Source: a virus
Lineage: Duplodnaviria; Caudoviricetes
Direction: 5' to 3' (one strand)
IMG/VR virus record: IMGVR_UViG_3300036851_000446
Location: 1 to 58,577 of that record
Length of the DNA: 58,577 bases
Shown: piece by piece, positions 33,913 to 43,591 of the stretch
Numbering within the stretch: position 1 is the stretch's first letter
Layout of the letters: each line of letters starts with the position of its first letter
Position numbers and translations under genes: made by a program
Notes under the pieces: model-generated
What the model saw: only the letters and a program-made list of their open reading frames with translations
What the model was told of the DNA's origin: nothing
Database searches by the model: none

Positions 33913-34327
33913 CGCTTCGCACTAGATCAAGTAGCGCCACCCAATCGGTGACGCGGACTCGGTCGTCAGTCGTGCGCTCCACGACTCCAGCACTCTCAAG
34001 ACGCTTCAAGTCGTGCTTGAGTCGATCCGATGAACGCCGACCATCTGACTCGCCGGCGCGCTTCCGGCGAGCACCTGAATACCAACGGACGCCGCGCATC
34101 TCTGATCGAAGATTTCGATAGGCCCTGCGTCCATCTGAGTCAGATCTGACCGTGCCGGCGTCGAGGGGCTCCTGCGTTCCGCCGATGCGAGCCGAACCCG
34201 CTGGTGTCGCTTCTGCGTACGCAGACCGCAGCGCTTCTCGGTCTGCGTAGTCCTCAGCGTCAACGTTGGCGCAGATCAGACGTGCGAGCATCCCGAGCCG
34301 CGGAGGCTTCGTCTTGGGTTCGTTCAC
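33902..34327 (-). CDS. Hypothetical protein, possible C-terminal winged helix
   Basis: GTGA overlap; LKRLESAGVVERT; atypical codon usage. Confidence 0.5.
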   Translation of the reverse strand: MNEPKTKPPRLGMLARLICANVDAEDYADREALRSAYAEATPAGSARIGGTQEPLDAGTVRSDSDGRRAYRNLRSEMRGVRWYSGARRKRAGESDGRRSSDRLKHDLKRLESAGVVERTTDDRVRVTDWVALLDLVRSDDE

Positions 34328-35958
34328 GAGTCCACCCACTTTTCGTCGGTACCACGGCCGTCGACGGTGTACGAGCGCTTGATCTGCCCGTCCGGCGAGT
34401 ACATCCACAACCGGTACCGGTGCCACCCGGCCAGCCCGTAGTCGCGCCAAGCGGACTCGACGACGCTGTGGAGCTTGTCTTCGATCATCCCGACGTAGCC
34501 CTCGGGGAAGTCCTCGGCCAGTAGGCGCCGGTAGAACCCGGTGTTCGCCAGATGGGGGCGCTGCGACCACTGCACCGTTCGCAACAGAGGCGCACCATGG
34601 ATGTCCTGCGGGTCCCGGTCAAGCATCAGGTGCTCGTGATCCGGAAGCACCAGCGCTTCGTGATGCAGGCGGATCAGGTCAGCCTCACCCGACAGACACG
34701 TCGCGATGAGCGCCGGCCAGTCGATCGGGCAGTCGGTGACGATCGGGCAGTCGTGCTCCACGAACAGCACCAGCGGTGTGCGCACCATGTCCAGAGCCCG
34801 GCGGGTCAACCCGACCTGGTGTAGGTGCTCGTCGTGGACGACAGGCAGGACCCGGTCCCATTTCGTGCCGCTGAGCCAGAGCAGCCGGTTCAGGTACTCC
34901 TCGTAGCGGGGCCGGTAGTGCTCCTGCTCAGGGCGGACCCCGTCGCACATGACCAGGATCTCGGCGTCGGGCAGCCAGTGACGCACCGACCCGATGGTCT
35001 GCTCGATGATCGACGTGTCCGGATGGGCGGCGATCGGCGACGTCGGGACCACTACCGTGATCTCGCCAGGTTCCGGTAGCTGCTCGGAAAGGCGCCTGAC
35101 CGTGTCGCTCACCCGCGTCGCCAGGTCCCGCTTGTAGCGCTGCCACCAGGCCGAGCACCGGTTCGCCAACCTCGGCCACGTCGCGTCGACCAGCTCGACA
35201 TGCCGCGGGAACGTCTCCCACGCCGAGAGCCGCGGGAACGGCGCACCCGGCAGCACCAGCGGCCAGTACCACGCCTGGTCGTCGCCGTGCGTCACGTCGT
35301 CCACGACCGGCACGCAGCCGGCCTCGAGCGCCTCGGCGACCCGGAACGTGTCGACCGTCTGCGGACCCGCCGGGCACGGGATCAGGCGGACGCCCGCCAG
35401 CCCGCGTGCGTACTCGCCGTGGCCGAGCCCCTGCGTGAACCCCGGCGTCTCCACCAGCCGCCCGCCGGGTAGATCGCGCAGCGCTTCGACGCAGGCCTTG
35501 CGGCGGGAGTTGTTGACCTGGCCGGCGAAGAACCATCCTCCCTTGTCTGGACGGTCGATGTCGCGGAGCAGACCGGGGAGGTGCGGGGGCCAGCCCACCG
35601 GTAGCACCCAGTCGACCCGGTCCGAGTCGTGCGGGGTCTGCACCCACACGGCCATGTTCGGATGGTTGAGCTTCTCCAGCGGGAACACCCGCTCCTCGTC
35701 GCTGGTGAGGATGACCAGCGCCCAGTCGAGTTTGGACAGCTGCTCGTTGATGTCGTCGACGTCGTCGGCGTGGTGGCGGGCCGGGATGACCAGGACGGCG
35801 CCAGCCGATTCGCTCTTCTCCCACTGGATGATGCGCCCGTCGTAGATATGGTGCTCGAACTCGTAGCCCGTCGCCCACGACCGGCCCGACAGGACGGCGT
35901 CGACCATGGCCTGGTCCCAACACGTGATGTGGCTGTCCCACCAGATGACCGGGATCAC
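34324..35958 (-). CDS. Two-domain glycosyltransferase (exostosin/GT47-like plus GT2-like)
   Basis: WFFAGQ...CPAG...DTFRVAEALEAGCVPVV, then ITVVVPTS...LFVEHD; GTG start at 35958. Confidence 0.8.
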   Translation of the reverse strand: MIPVIWWDSHITCWDQAMVDAVLSGRSWATGYEFEHHIYDGRIIQWEKSESAGAVLVIPARHHADDVDDINEQLSKLDWALVILTSDEERVFPLEKLNHPNMAVWVQTPHDSDRVDWVLPVGWPPHLPGLLRDIDRPDKGGWFFAGQVNNSRRKACVEALRDLPGGRLVETPGFTQGLGHGEYARGLAGVRLIPCPAGPQTVDTFRVAEALEAGCVPVVDDVTHGDDQAWYWPLVLPGAPFPRLSAWETFPRHVELVDATWPRLANRCSAWWQRYKRDLATRVSDTVRRLSEQLPEPGEITVVVPTSPIAAHPDTSIIEQTIGSVRHWLPDAEILVMCDGVRPEQEHYRPRYEEYLNRLLWLSGTKWDRVLPVVHDEHLHQVGLTRRALDMVRTPLVLFVEHDCPIVTDCPIDWPALIATCLSGEADLIRLHHEALVLPDHEHLMLDRDPQDIHGAPLLRTVQWSQRPHLANTGFYRRLLAEDFPEGYVGMIEDKLHSVVESAWRDYGLAGWHRYRLWMYSPDGQIKRSYTVDGRGTDEKWVDS

Positions 35959-36596
35959 GTGTCCCACCGTTCGCCTTCGAACTCGGGCCAGTAGCCGACC
36001 GGGTTGTCGGCGTTGTCGAACGGGTGCTCGTAGGTGGGTTCCTGCCACGCACCGGGGTGGCGGCCCCATTTCTTCTCGAAGTAGACGATGCGGGGCTCGG
36101 CCGGCGCCACGACACGCCCTTGACGCACCGAGTGCCCCATGCCGGCGTCGGCGACGTCGACGGGGACCTTGTCCCACAGCTGGCCGCCGTTGCCGTAGAC
36201 GAGCTGGTAGCGGACGCTCAGATCCAGGTCGTCGAACCCGTACGGCGAGTAGTTCGGATCCCACTTCCCCACCGCAGCGATCGTGTCGCAGTGGAAGGCG
36301 ATGAGGTGCCAGCCGAACACCCCGGCGGCTTCGACCACCCGGTGGCCGTCCATGCGGTCGAGGTGGTCGATGAAGTCCAGACCGCCGGCGGGACCGAACC
36401 GCAGCGCGGCCGACATGACAACCAGCCACTCGGTGCCGTTGACCCGCATCTGGTCGATGCCGAGGTTCGTGGCCCGCATGATCCCGATGTTGTGTTCGCT
36501 GTTGTCGACCTCGTACACGTTGAGCCGACACGTCTCGGCGAATGCGTCGCGGTAGGACCGCAGCACCCAGGGCAGCACCGCCGTGTAGGTGGTCAT
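35955..36596 (-). CDS. GT2-like glycosyltransferase
   Basis: VDNSEHNIG..ATNLGI, VGKWDPNYSPYGFDDLDLSVR. Confidence 0.75.
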   Translation of the reverse strand: MTTYTAVLPWVLRSYRDAFAETCRLNVYEVDNSEHNIGIMRATNLGIDQMRVNGTEWLVVMSAALRFGPAGGLDFIDHLDRMDGHRVVEAAGVFGWHLIAFHCDTIAAVGKWDPNYSPYGFDDLDLSVRYQLVYGNGGQLWDKVPVDVADAGMGHSVRQGRVVAPAEPRIVYFEKKWGRHPGAWQEPTYEHPFDNADNPVGYWPEFEGERWDT

Positions 36597-37171
36597 GCGC
36601 CCGCCGCTCTCTTGCGTTCCTGATATGCCCTCTGCCTCAGCAGATTGCAGGCTCGGCAGCTACGGCTACCGCGGTAGACGTACGTGTTCCGCGGGGTGAA
36701 CTCGTGGCCGCGCTCGCAATGCGTCTTCGCTGCGTTGATCGTCGCCAGGTTGGTCTCGCCGCGTCGGACGTTGGTGCGCTGGGTAACCGGCTCCAGGTGC
36801 GCTGGGTTGACGCATGGCGGGTTGCAGCAGAGATGGTCGATGACAAGCCCGGCGGCGATCGCCGCCGCAGACTCTGCTTCGTAGGCGTACCGGTGCGCAG
36901 GCCGATTGACCTGGCGACCTTCGCCTGGATACACGAAGAAGATGCCATAGCCAGCCGGGTTCCGCGGTCCCTGCCAGAGCCAGCACTCGTTGGGCTCTCG
37001 GCGATCAACCTTCGACCAGAACCGCTCGACTTCACTCGGCCGCACCAGGCGGAGGCCAAGCGCGTCCCCGGTCTTCCGCCAGCGCTGGTAGTGCTTTCCG
37101 CACAGACCTCGGATATTCGCTGGGCGAGTGCAGTCGTCTTCGGCGACACAGATAGCGTCCGGGTCGGCCAT
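36593..37171 (-). CDS. HNH homing endonuclease
   Basis: RFWSKVD..ECWLWQG, AHRYAYE, IDHLCCNPPCVNPAHLEPVT..N, THCERGHEF. Confidence 0.9.
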   Translation of the reverse strand: MADPDAICVAEDDCTRPANIRGLCGKHYQRWRKTGDALGLRLVRPSEVERFWSKVDRREPNECWLWQGPRNPAGYGIFFVYPGEGRQVNRPAHRYAYEAESAAAIAAGLVIDHLCCNPPCVNPAHLEPVTQRTNVRRGETNLATINAAKTHCERGHEFTPRNTYVYRGSRSCRACNLLRQRAYQERKRAAGA

Positions 37172-37245
37172 GTGGACCTCCTGACAGGTTCCTTGGCTGG
37201 GGGGCCTCCGGGTGCAACCGGGGGCCTCCACCGATTTTACTCCAA

Positions 37246-37974
37246 TCACGTTCGCTCGATTGGAGTAAAAAGGTGGTGTTCTTCGTGATCGATGGCGAGC
37301 ACTTCCTCGCGGTAGCCGCAGTCGCCCATGAAGGCGCTGAGCTGGGCGGGAGTGTCACGGTGGGTGTCCATCATGAACTGGGGATGGACGCTGATCCACA
37401 CCATGGGTCGGTGCTGCTTCAAGACCCTTTCAGCGCCGATCATGACTCTCAATTCGGCGCCTTCGACATCGCAGCTGATCGCGTCAGGCGGCTCGATGAT
37501 CGTGGCCACGGTGTCGATCCGCAGACGCGGGATGTCCGGGCGCTCGCACAGGTTGCAGAACCCGTGGTCACCGATGATCGGCCCGAGTGACGACGTCGGC
37601 CACAGAATCCCGGGCCACTCGCGTCGCCCGAGGTGCTCGACGTCACGTTCGCCGTCGTGGTCCGCGGCGAAGCCGGGGAACGTCGCTAGCGGAGTCAGTT
37701 CGTTGGCCTCGAAGATCGCCCTCGGGTTCGGCCAGACCCTCGCGTTCGGCTCGAACAGAGCGACGTCGTTGCCCCACGACGCCCACAGGGCCGGGAGGTC
37801 GCCTTCCTCTGCTCCGATGTCGTACACCGTGTGGCCGCCGTCACCCAGGTGGTCGTACATCGACGCGATCCGCTCCTTCTCCCAGAACGGCCACTCGGGG
37901 CGGACCGCTCGATGCTCTGGAAGGCGCAGGCTCCAACGCTCGTTGATGAGCGTGTCGATCATCGGGACCGTCAC
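37246..37974 (-). CDS. FkbM-family SAM-dependent methyltransferase
   Basis: VYDIGAEEG, LFEPN, ISCDVEGAELRVMIGA. Confidence 0.88.
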   Translation of the reverse strand: MTVPMIDTLINERWSLRLPEHRAVRPEWPFWEKERIASMYDHLGDGGHTVYDIGAEEGDLPALWASWGNDVALFEPNARVWPNPRAIFEANELTPLATFPGFAADHDGERDVEHLGRREWPGILWPTSSLGPIIGDHGFCNLCERPDIPRLRIDTVATIIEPPDAISCDVEGAELRVMIGAERVLKQHRPMVWISVHPQFMMDTHRDTPAQLSAFMGDCGYREEVLAIDHEEHHLFTPIERT

Positions 37975-38942
37975 AGCACACCCCGCTCAGTCAACACGTC
38001 GACGAGCTGGCGCATGCGGACCTCGTAGGTGGCTGTGGCGAGGACGTGCTCCCGGCCGGCCTTCGATATCCGGTCCCGCAGACCGTCGTCGTGGAGCGCA
38101 CGATCGATCTGGGCCCGCAGCCCGGGCCAGTCGCCTGCTTCCCAGCAGAGCAGGTGCTCGCCGTCCTCGTAGAGAGTCCCGTCGGTCACGCCCTCGACGT
38201 GCGGGTGGACTAGCACCCCACCCCGGCCGACACATTCCGGAACGCGGTCCGAGATGTAAGCCCGGTTCTTGCCGGTCCCGACGAGGCAGGAGTCGCCGAC
38301 GAGGACGTGGACGCTGGCGTACAGGTCCCGCAGGGCCTCACCACGCACCGCGGGTTCGCCGGGCGCCGGCCAGAACTTGCAGCGCTCGCCGTAGATGTCA
38401 CCCAGCCAGGCGATCAGCTCGGCACGGTGCGCCGATTCGGGGTGGTAGCCGCCCTGCCACGAGCCGACGAACGCAACCTCGGAGGCGAGATTGGCTCGGT
38501 ACGTCCCCGGCTCGCACTCGGCCTCGGACATCCCCGGCGGGAACCACACATGATTTATCCCGAGGGCCTCGAACCGATCCTGATTGCCACCATCGGCGGT
38601 GCACACCAGGTCGCACTGGAAGAACGGCTCCGACAGTTGAGGCTCGCGGCGCAGGTCGAACCAGCGGTCGAGGTGGTAGCCGACGGTCGGGACGCCACGG
38701 CGCCGCAGAGCCTCCAGGAACCGGCTCTGGCGCTCGTGTGTGCGCTCGGGGGCGAACCCGTGCGTGTGGGTCCACAGCAGCACGTCGACGTCGTCAGGGA
38801 CCGCTCCCGGCGACCAGTCGAAGCGCTGCTCGTGGAGCGGCAGCACCCTGTGGCCGTTGGTCTCGAGCGCTCGGGCGACGTGGTTCTCCGTCGAATGCGG
38901 AGCCGAGTCGGGGCCGACGTTGCCAACATAGACAACGCGCAT
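37971..38942 (-). CDS. GT-B glycosyltransferase (CgeB/Glyco_trans_1_2-like)
   Basis: VAFVGS, YISDRVPECVGRGG, ISKAGREHVLATATYEVR. Confidence 0.8.
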   Translation of the reverse strand: MRVVYVGNVGPDSAPHSTENHVARALETNGHRVLPLHEQRFDWSPGAVPDDVDVLLWTHTHGFAPERTHERQSRFLEALRRRGVPTVGYHLDRWFDLRREPQLSEPFFQCDLVCTADGGNQDRFEALGINHVWFPPGMSEAECEPGTYRANLASEVAFVGSWQGGYHPESAHRAELIAWLGDIYGERCKFWPAPGEPAVRGEALRDLYASVHVLVGDSCLVGTGKNRAYISDRVPECVGRGGVLVHPHVEGVTDGTLYEDGEHLLCWEAGDWPGLRAQIDRALHDDGLRDRISKAGREHVLATATYEVRMRQLVDVLTERGVL

Positions 38943-39217
38943 CAGTCGAAGTCCTCATCCGTGCCGAGCTTGGCTACCTCGGCCCGCAGTCGCTTCATCC
39001 CCCACCGGCCGTCGACAGGGATGCCGGCGGCCTCGAGCTTCGCCGTCAGCGCCGCCTTCTCGTCGAGCGGCGGGTCGACGACTGCCGCGGCCTCGGGCGT
39101 GTTCGAGGCGAGAATCCAGCCGAGCTTCGACGAGCGTTGCTCGAACGCTCGCCGGCTCACGCGGGATGTCACACCCGGGTGGTCGGGGTGCCGGATCTCG
39201 ACGAGCTCAGCTTTCAC
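38942..39217 (-). CDS. Small protein with C-terminal GIPVDGRWGMKRL motif (capsid-associated?)
   Basis: GTGA/TGATG coupling in the head module. Confidence 0.65.
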   Translation of the reverse strand: MKAELVEIRHPDHPGVTSRVSRRAFEQRSSKLGWILASNTPEAAAVVDPPLDEKAALTAKLEAAGIPVDGRWGMKRLRAEVAKLGTDEDFD

Positions 39218-39567
39218 GAGGTCGCTCCGAGGGTCGATGGGGACACGGGCACACGCCGGGCCCACAGACGGCGCTGCTGGTCGATCTGGTCGAGGATCTG
39301 CTGGCGCCGAAAGGTCTGGCCATCGGTGATGAACTCGAACCGGCCCACGGCCTTGCCCCGCTTGCGCAGCCATCCCTCGGCGATCGCGCGTGCGCACCCG
39401 CGGCGGTCGTAGGTCGGGGTCCACGCGTCGAGGTCGGGTGTGTTCCCGTCTGCGTCGTCGACCTTCGCGAGGTCGAGGAGGGAGACGACCTCGTCCGGGG
39501 ACAGGACGGGGTCGCTGTCGGGTTGGAGGTTGTCGGTGATGTAGGCGAGCGCCTCGGCCTGATTCAT
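39214..39567 (-). CDS. Head-to-tail adaptor
   Basis: Directly after MCP; WTPTYD...AEGWLRKRGK. Confidence 0.75.
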   Translation of the reverse strand: MNQAEALAYITDNLQPDSDPVLSPDEVVSLLDLAKVDDADGNTPDLDAWTPTYDRRGCARAIAEGWLRKRGKAVGRFEFITDGQTFRRQQILDQIDQQRRLWARRVPVSPSTLGATS

Positions 39568-39586
39568 CGCCACCTCCAAGGTCGAT

Positions 39587-39620
39587 GTGACCCGGCCGAC
39601 GTCCGTGTCGGCCGGGTCAC
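39587..39620 (-). terminator. 14-bp perfect hairpin after major capsid gene
   Basis: GTGACCCGGCCGAC-gtccgt-GTCGGCCGGGTCAC. Confidence 0.7.
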
Positions 39621-39625
39621 GGGGT

Positions 39626-40570
39626 TCAGCTCGACGCCGGGGTCAAGACGCCGAAGTAGCTCCGGTTGTCTGCGGTCGTCTCGACCGGGTTGACGGGGTT
39701 GGCGATCTGCCACCCGAACCGTGCCGTGACGCGCAGGGCGATGGAGTCCTGCTGCATCAGGTTCAGCACGACGTTGCCGGAGTCGTCGGAGATGACGCCC
39801 TCGGTGAACACCTTGAACGTCATGTCCTGACGGACACCCCAGATCGCCTTGGTCCAGTCGCCGACGATCAGCGACGCGACCGTCGGGAACCAGCCGCCGT
39901 TCATGATCTGCGGCAGCGGCTGGCCGTACAGGGTCCCGGGCTGCGCACCCGCGGGCGGGGCGTAGATCGGCAGCCCGTCGGTCGACCTCAGGCGGGTGAG
40001 CCGCCAGTGGAACCCGGGGGCGGTGGCGAACCCGTTGGGGTTGGCACCCTCCTCCGCCAGGGTCTGGAGCAGTTCTGCGACCTCTTCGGCCAGATCCTCG
40101 CCGGTGCCTTCGACGACGGAGTTGCCGGCGGCGATCGCCGAGTTCACGACAGCCTCACCCCACGTCGAGGGGCGGGCCTCGTTGAACAACGCGGTCTTGT
40201 CGAGCCGGCGGCCGAACGCCTCCGAGATGTAGGGGCGCACCTCGGACCACACGGGGATCTCGGCGTCGTCGAGGTAGGACTCGGGGATCGGGACGATCAC
40301 CGCGATCTCCTCGGCGACGAGCTCGAGGTTGTCCCACTCGGCGTGGGTCGTCTGCTTGCGCCCGGTGTCACCGGTGACGAAGTAGGCCTCGGGCAGCACG
40401 CTCATGACGGGCTGCCGCGACGTCTTGGTCGACATCGGGACGCGTCGCGCCAGGTTCATGATCGCCGAGGACTTCGGCATCTCCTTGATGACCTCGGCGA
40501 CGAAGGGCTCCGGGACCAGGGGGTCGGAACCCGAACTGGCCCGGTTGATCGATTCTGAGAAACCGGCCAT
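39626..40570 (-). CDS. Major capsid protein (HK97 fold)
   Basis: LVPE, EEIAVIVPIPESYLDD, LRSTDGLPI, GDW, NLMQQDSIALRVTARFGW; GAGGAGG RBS. Confidence 0.95.
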   Translation of the reverse strand: MAGFSESINRASSGSDPLVPEPFVAEVIKEMPKSSAIMNLARRVPMSTKTSRQPVMSVLPEAYFVTGDTGRKQTTHAEWDNLELVAEEIAVIVPIPESYLDDAEIPVWSEVRPYISEAFGRRLDKTALFNEARPSTWGEAVVNSAIAAGNSVVEGTGEDLAEEVAELLQTLAEEGANPNGFATAPGFHWRLTRLRSTDGLPIYAPPAGAQPGTLYGQPLPQIMNGGWFPTVASLIVGDWTKAIWGVRQDMTFKVFTEGVISDDSGNVVLNLMQQDSIALRVTARFGWQIANPVNPVETTADNRSYFGVLTPASS

Positions 40571-40656
40571 GCCGGGTTACCTCCTCGTGGGGGTACGCGA
40601 GACGACCCGCCGGACTGGCGGGTCGCTTGGTTGCTGCCCCCCGGTGAGGGGGCGGT

Positions 40657-41250
40657 TCAGCGGCGGCGCTGCTGGTCCAGCCACGCTGCGAACGCCTGGT
40701 CGGCGTTCATCTGCGGGCTGGTCGGGGAACGGGCGCCGAAGTCGGGGTCTCGTGGGACCGTCTGGGAAGCCAGGTGGGGCTTGGCCTTCACGAGATCGTC
40801 GACGGCCTTCGTGATGGCCTTGGTGTCGACGTTGCCGTCATCGTCGATCTCGATGCCGGCGATGGTCCCGTCGGCAGTGAGGATCGCGAAGACGTCGCCC
40901 GGGTCTGCGGCCTTCCCGGCGGCGGTGGCGATGACCTCGGCCCGTACGAGCCGCTGGTTCGCCTTCGACATGCCTTCGGTCAGGCCTTCCTGGCGGGCGG
41001 CGACCACCAGCTTCTCCTGCTCGGAGAGCTGGGCGGTCCTGAGCTTCTCCAGTTCGGACTCGGCCTTCTGGGCCCGCTTCTGGTACTTGGTGGATTCCTG
41101 GGTCTTGGAGCGCAGCTTGGACACCAGGTCATCTGGCGACTCGTTCGGCTGCGTCTCGGTGGTGGATTCTTCGACCGTGCCCTCGGTGGGCTCGGGGGTG
41201 TCCGTGGTGGACTCGTTGCCCTCAGTGGGCGTCGTGTCGGCGTCAGCCAC
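40657..41250 (-). CDS. Capsid scaffolding protein
   Basis: Acidic N-terminus, coiled coil (LSEQEK), LVKAKPHLA; directly upstream of MCP. Confidence 0.85.
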   Translation of the reverse strand: MADADTTPTEGNESTTDTPEPTEGTVEESTTETQPNESPDDLVSKLRSKTQESTKYQKRAQKAESELEKLRTAQLSEQEKLVVAARQEGLTEGMSKANQRLVRAEVIATAAGKAADPGDVFAILTADGTIAGIEIDDDGNVDTKAITKAVDDLVKAKPHLASQTVPRDPDFGARSPTSPQMNADQAFAAWLDQQRRR

Positions 41251-41297
41251 GCAGGCTTCCTCCGGTGTTGGTGCACCCCGGGACAGGGTGCGAGATC

Positions 41298-42035
41298 TCA
41301 GGCCGCGACGAGCGTCGGGCCAAGCTCCGGCGTGTCGATGACCTCTGCGGCCGGGAGCTGCCCGGCCTTCACGCCCGGTGGGAGGTCGGCGTCGTCGACG
41401 GTGATGCGGCCCAGCGACCGGGCGTCGGTCCTGCCGCTGGCGCGGGCGTAGAGGTTGTTCAGCGCATCGTTGGTGGGTTTCGCCCAACCGGCTGGTTCCT
41501 GGAGCGAGTAGAGCGGCTGGGTCGTGCACCCGCACTTCCGGTGGATCGGACGGAGCTCACGCTTGAAGTAGGCCCGGGTCGCAGCCGCAACACAGAGCCC
41601 GCAGTTCGGGCCCGACCCGAGGACCCGGCGGGTGCCGACGATCCGATTGTCGCCTTCGGTGTGGACGAACCCGGCGCCACGGTCGGCCAACGAGATGTCG
41701 GTGTTGACCTCGCGGGTGATCCGACTGGCGAACGTCCCGAACGTGCTGACCCAGTTGGCGCCGTACACGTCCTCGAGCGGCCGGCCGCGTCGGGCTGCTG
41801 CGCCGATCAGCGGGTCGGGGTTGAGACCCCACGGCTCGGTGCTGGTCCCGGTGGCGAGACCGGCCTCCATCGACATGTAGGCATCGACGTCGGCGACCGT
41901 CTGGCGCTGGGCCGACAGGATGACCTGGACGGCCCCCTCGGGGTTCTCGGCCTGCAACGCTCGTGCCACCGCCGCGGCTCGTAGCCGGTCGAGCCTGGCC
42001 CGGTACGCAAGGTGCAAGCGGGTGACGTCAGGCAA
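41298..42035 (-). CDS. Capsid maturation protease / MuF-like minor head protein
   Basis: RRVL..CGLCVAAATR...IHRKCGC, ELGPTL; between portal and scaffold. Confidence 0.7.
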   Translation of the reverse strand: MPDVTRLHLAYRARLDRLRAAAVARALQAENPEGAVQVILSAQRQTVADVDAYMSMEAGLATGTSTEPWGLNPDPLIGAAARRGRPLEDVYGANWVSTFGTFASRITREVNTDISLADRGAGFVHTEGDNRIVGTRRVLGSGPNCGLCVAAATRAYFKRELRPIHRKCGCTTQPLYSLQEPAGWAKPTNDALNNLYARASGRTDARSLGRITVDDADLPPGVKAGQLPAAEVIDTPELGPTLVAA

Positions 42036-43581
42036 CGAGCGCCTCGTCGGGGTTCGCCGGCGCCGGTTCCTCAGCCAACGGCTCCTCTGGAACCTCGAAC
42101 CCAGGTGGCGCGGTCATCGCCGACGCTTCGTTGACGATGCTCTCTTGGGCAAACAGGGCGTCCATGCGGTCGATCTCGGACGGCGAGTAGCCGAGCTTCT
42201 CCTGCCCGACCCGCCGCGGGATAAGCCCAGCGGCGACCTGCTTGATCGTGGCGTCGGTGAGCTCGGCGAGGGTCCGGAACTCGGGGTCGGACCAGATCAC
42301 TTCCATCCGTTGTGGCTCCCGTCCAGCGAGAACGTCCCGCAACCGGACGACCTCGGCGAACGCCCGACCCAGGTACAGCTGCTTCTCCATCACCTTCGCC
42401 ACCAGGCCGGCCTCAGCCGACTTGATCGCATCCCCGCTGGGGCTCTGACCCTGCTGGAGGAAGTAATGCCTGGGCGTCCTCGTCTGGACGGCGATGTGCT
42501 GGACGTCCTCTTCGACCGACTCGATGTACGGCTTCAGGTCGGTTGCACCGAACTCGCCGAACTTCGTGTTGGGGTCCTCCGATATCCACAGCCGGTCAAT
42601 CGCCGCCTCGAACGGCTGCACCGGCTTCCCGTTTGCGTCGACGGGGATGTCGAGACCGGTCGCCCACTTCTGGCGGTACGCGGTGGTCCACGCGGCAAGT
42701 GCCCGGTTGAACAGCATCTCGTTGATGCGATCCTGGGTCAGGTACACATCGTCGAGCTCGGACTCGCCGTCAGGTTGTTTGAGCGTCGACGGGTAGTTGA
42801 CCATCGGCACGAGAGGGATCTCACCCGACGGGTTCGGGGTCTGTTCCAGCTCGGTCCACTGGTTCACCCACTGGAGCACCGACGCCGCGGGGTCTTCTCG
42901 CAACACCAGATCCGTGTATCGAACCTGGGTGTCTTCAATCGGATAGGCCGGCTGCCAGAACTGCGGCCACAGCTCCGAGCACGCGATCTGCTGAGCGCGA
43001 GCCTGATAGTGGAAGCACCCGTCCGGCAACCAGACATCCGCCATAACAAGGCTGGTCCACTCGTCCAACCACAGTCGCAGCCCGGCGACCCGCTTGTGCC
43101 GGTCCCGGGGATCGCGTTCGGTGATCGTCGTGCGGGGGTCCTCGATCTGCGCCCGCGGCTCGTCTTCGCCCTTGAACTTCCACACCGACAGATACGAACG
43201 ACCCATCGCCATCGAATCCGAGATCGCCAGGTTCCCGTCGACGTCCAATTCGCACGTGTCGGTCCACCAGTCCCACACGTCGCGATCGGCGTCCTCGGCG
43301 CCCTTCGGGCGGAACCCCTGGACCCGCAGCCGCTCTGATGGGGCCTGCACCACGATCCGCATGAAGTTGCTGCGCGAACGGCGGAGCATCCGCTCGAACT
43401 CGGTCTTGAGCACCCTCGGCACGTACGGCAACGGGTGGTCGCCCCGGTAGTACCGGTCCATCAACGCCAGGCGGGGCTGATCCAGCGCGAGCTTCCCGCA
43501 CAGGCGATGCAACCACCAGCCAGGCGACTGAGGGCGGATCCGGTCCTCCGTGGAGGCCAGCTCGATGTCGACAACGCTCAT
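42028..43581 (-). CDS. Portal protein (SPP1-like)
   Basis: DRYYRGDH, NFMRIVV, RQKWATG, SGDAIKSAEAGLVAK. Confidence 0.92.
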   Translation of the reverse strand: MSVVDIELASTEDRIRPQSPGWWLHRLCGKLALDQPRLALMDRYYRGDHPLPYVPRVLKTEFERMLRRSRSNFMRIVVQAPSERLRVQGFRPKGAEDADRDVWDWWTDTCELDVDGNLAISDSMAMGRSYLSVWKFKGEDEPRAQIEDPRTTITERDPRDRHKRVAGLRLWLDEWTSLVMADVWLPDGCFHYQARAQQIACSELWPQFWQPAYPIEDTQVRYTDLVLREDPAASVLQWVNQWTELEQTPNPSGEIPLVPMVNYPSTLKQPDGESELDDVYLTQDRINEMLFNRALAAWTTAYRQKWATGLDIPVDANGKPVQPFEAAIDRLWISEDPNTKFGEFGATDLKPYIESVEEDVQHIAVQTRTPRHYFLQQGQSPSGDAIKSAEAGLVAKVMEKQLYLGRAFAEVVRLRDVLAGREPQRMEVIWSDPEFRTLAELTDATIKQVAAGLIPRRVGQEKLGYSPSEIDRMDALFAQESIVNEASAMTAPPGFEVPEEPLAEEPAPANPDEALVA

Positions 43582-43591
43582 CGAACCCTCC

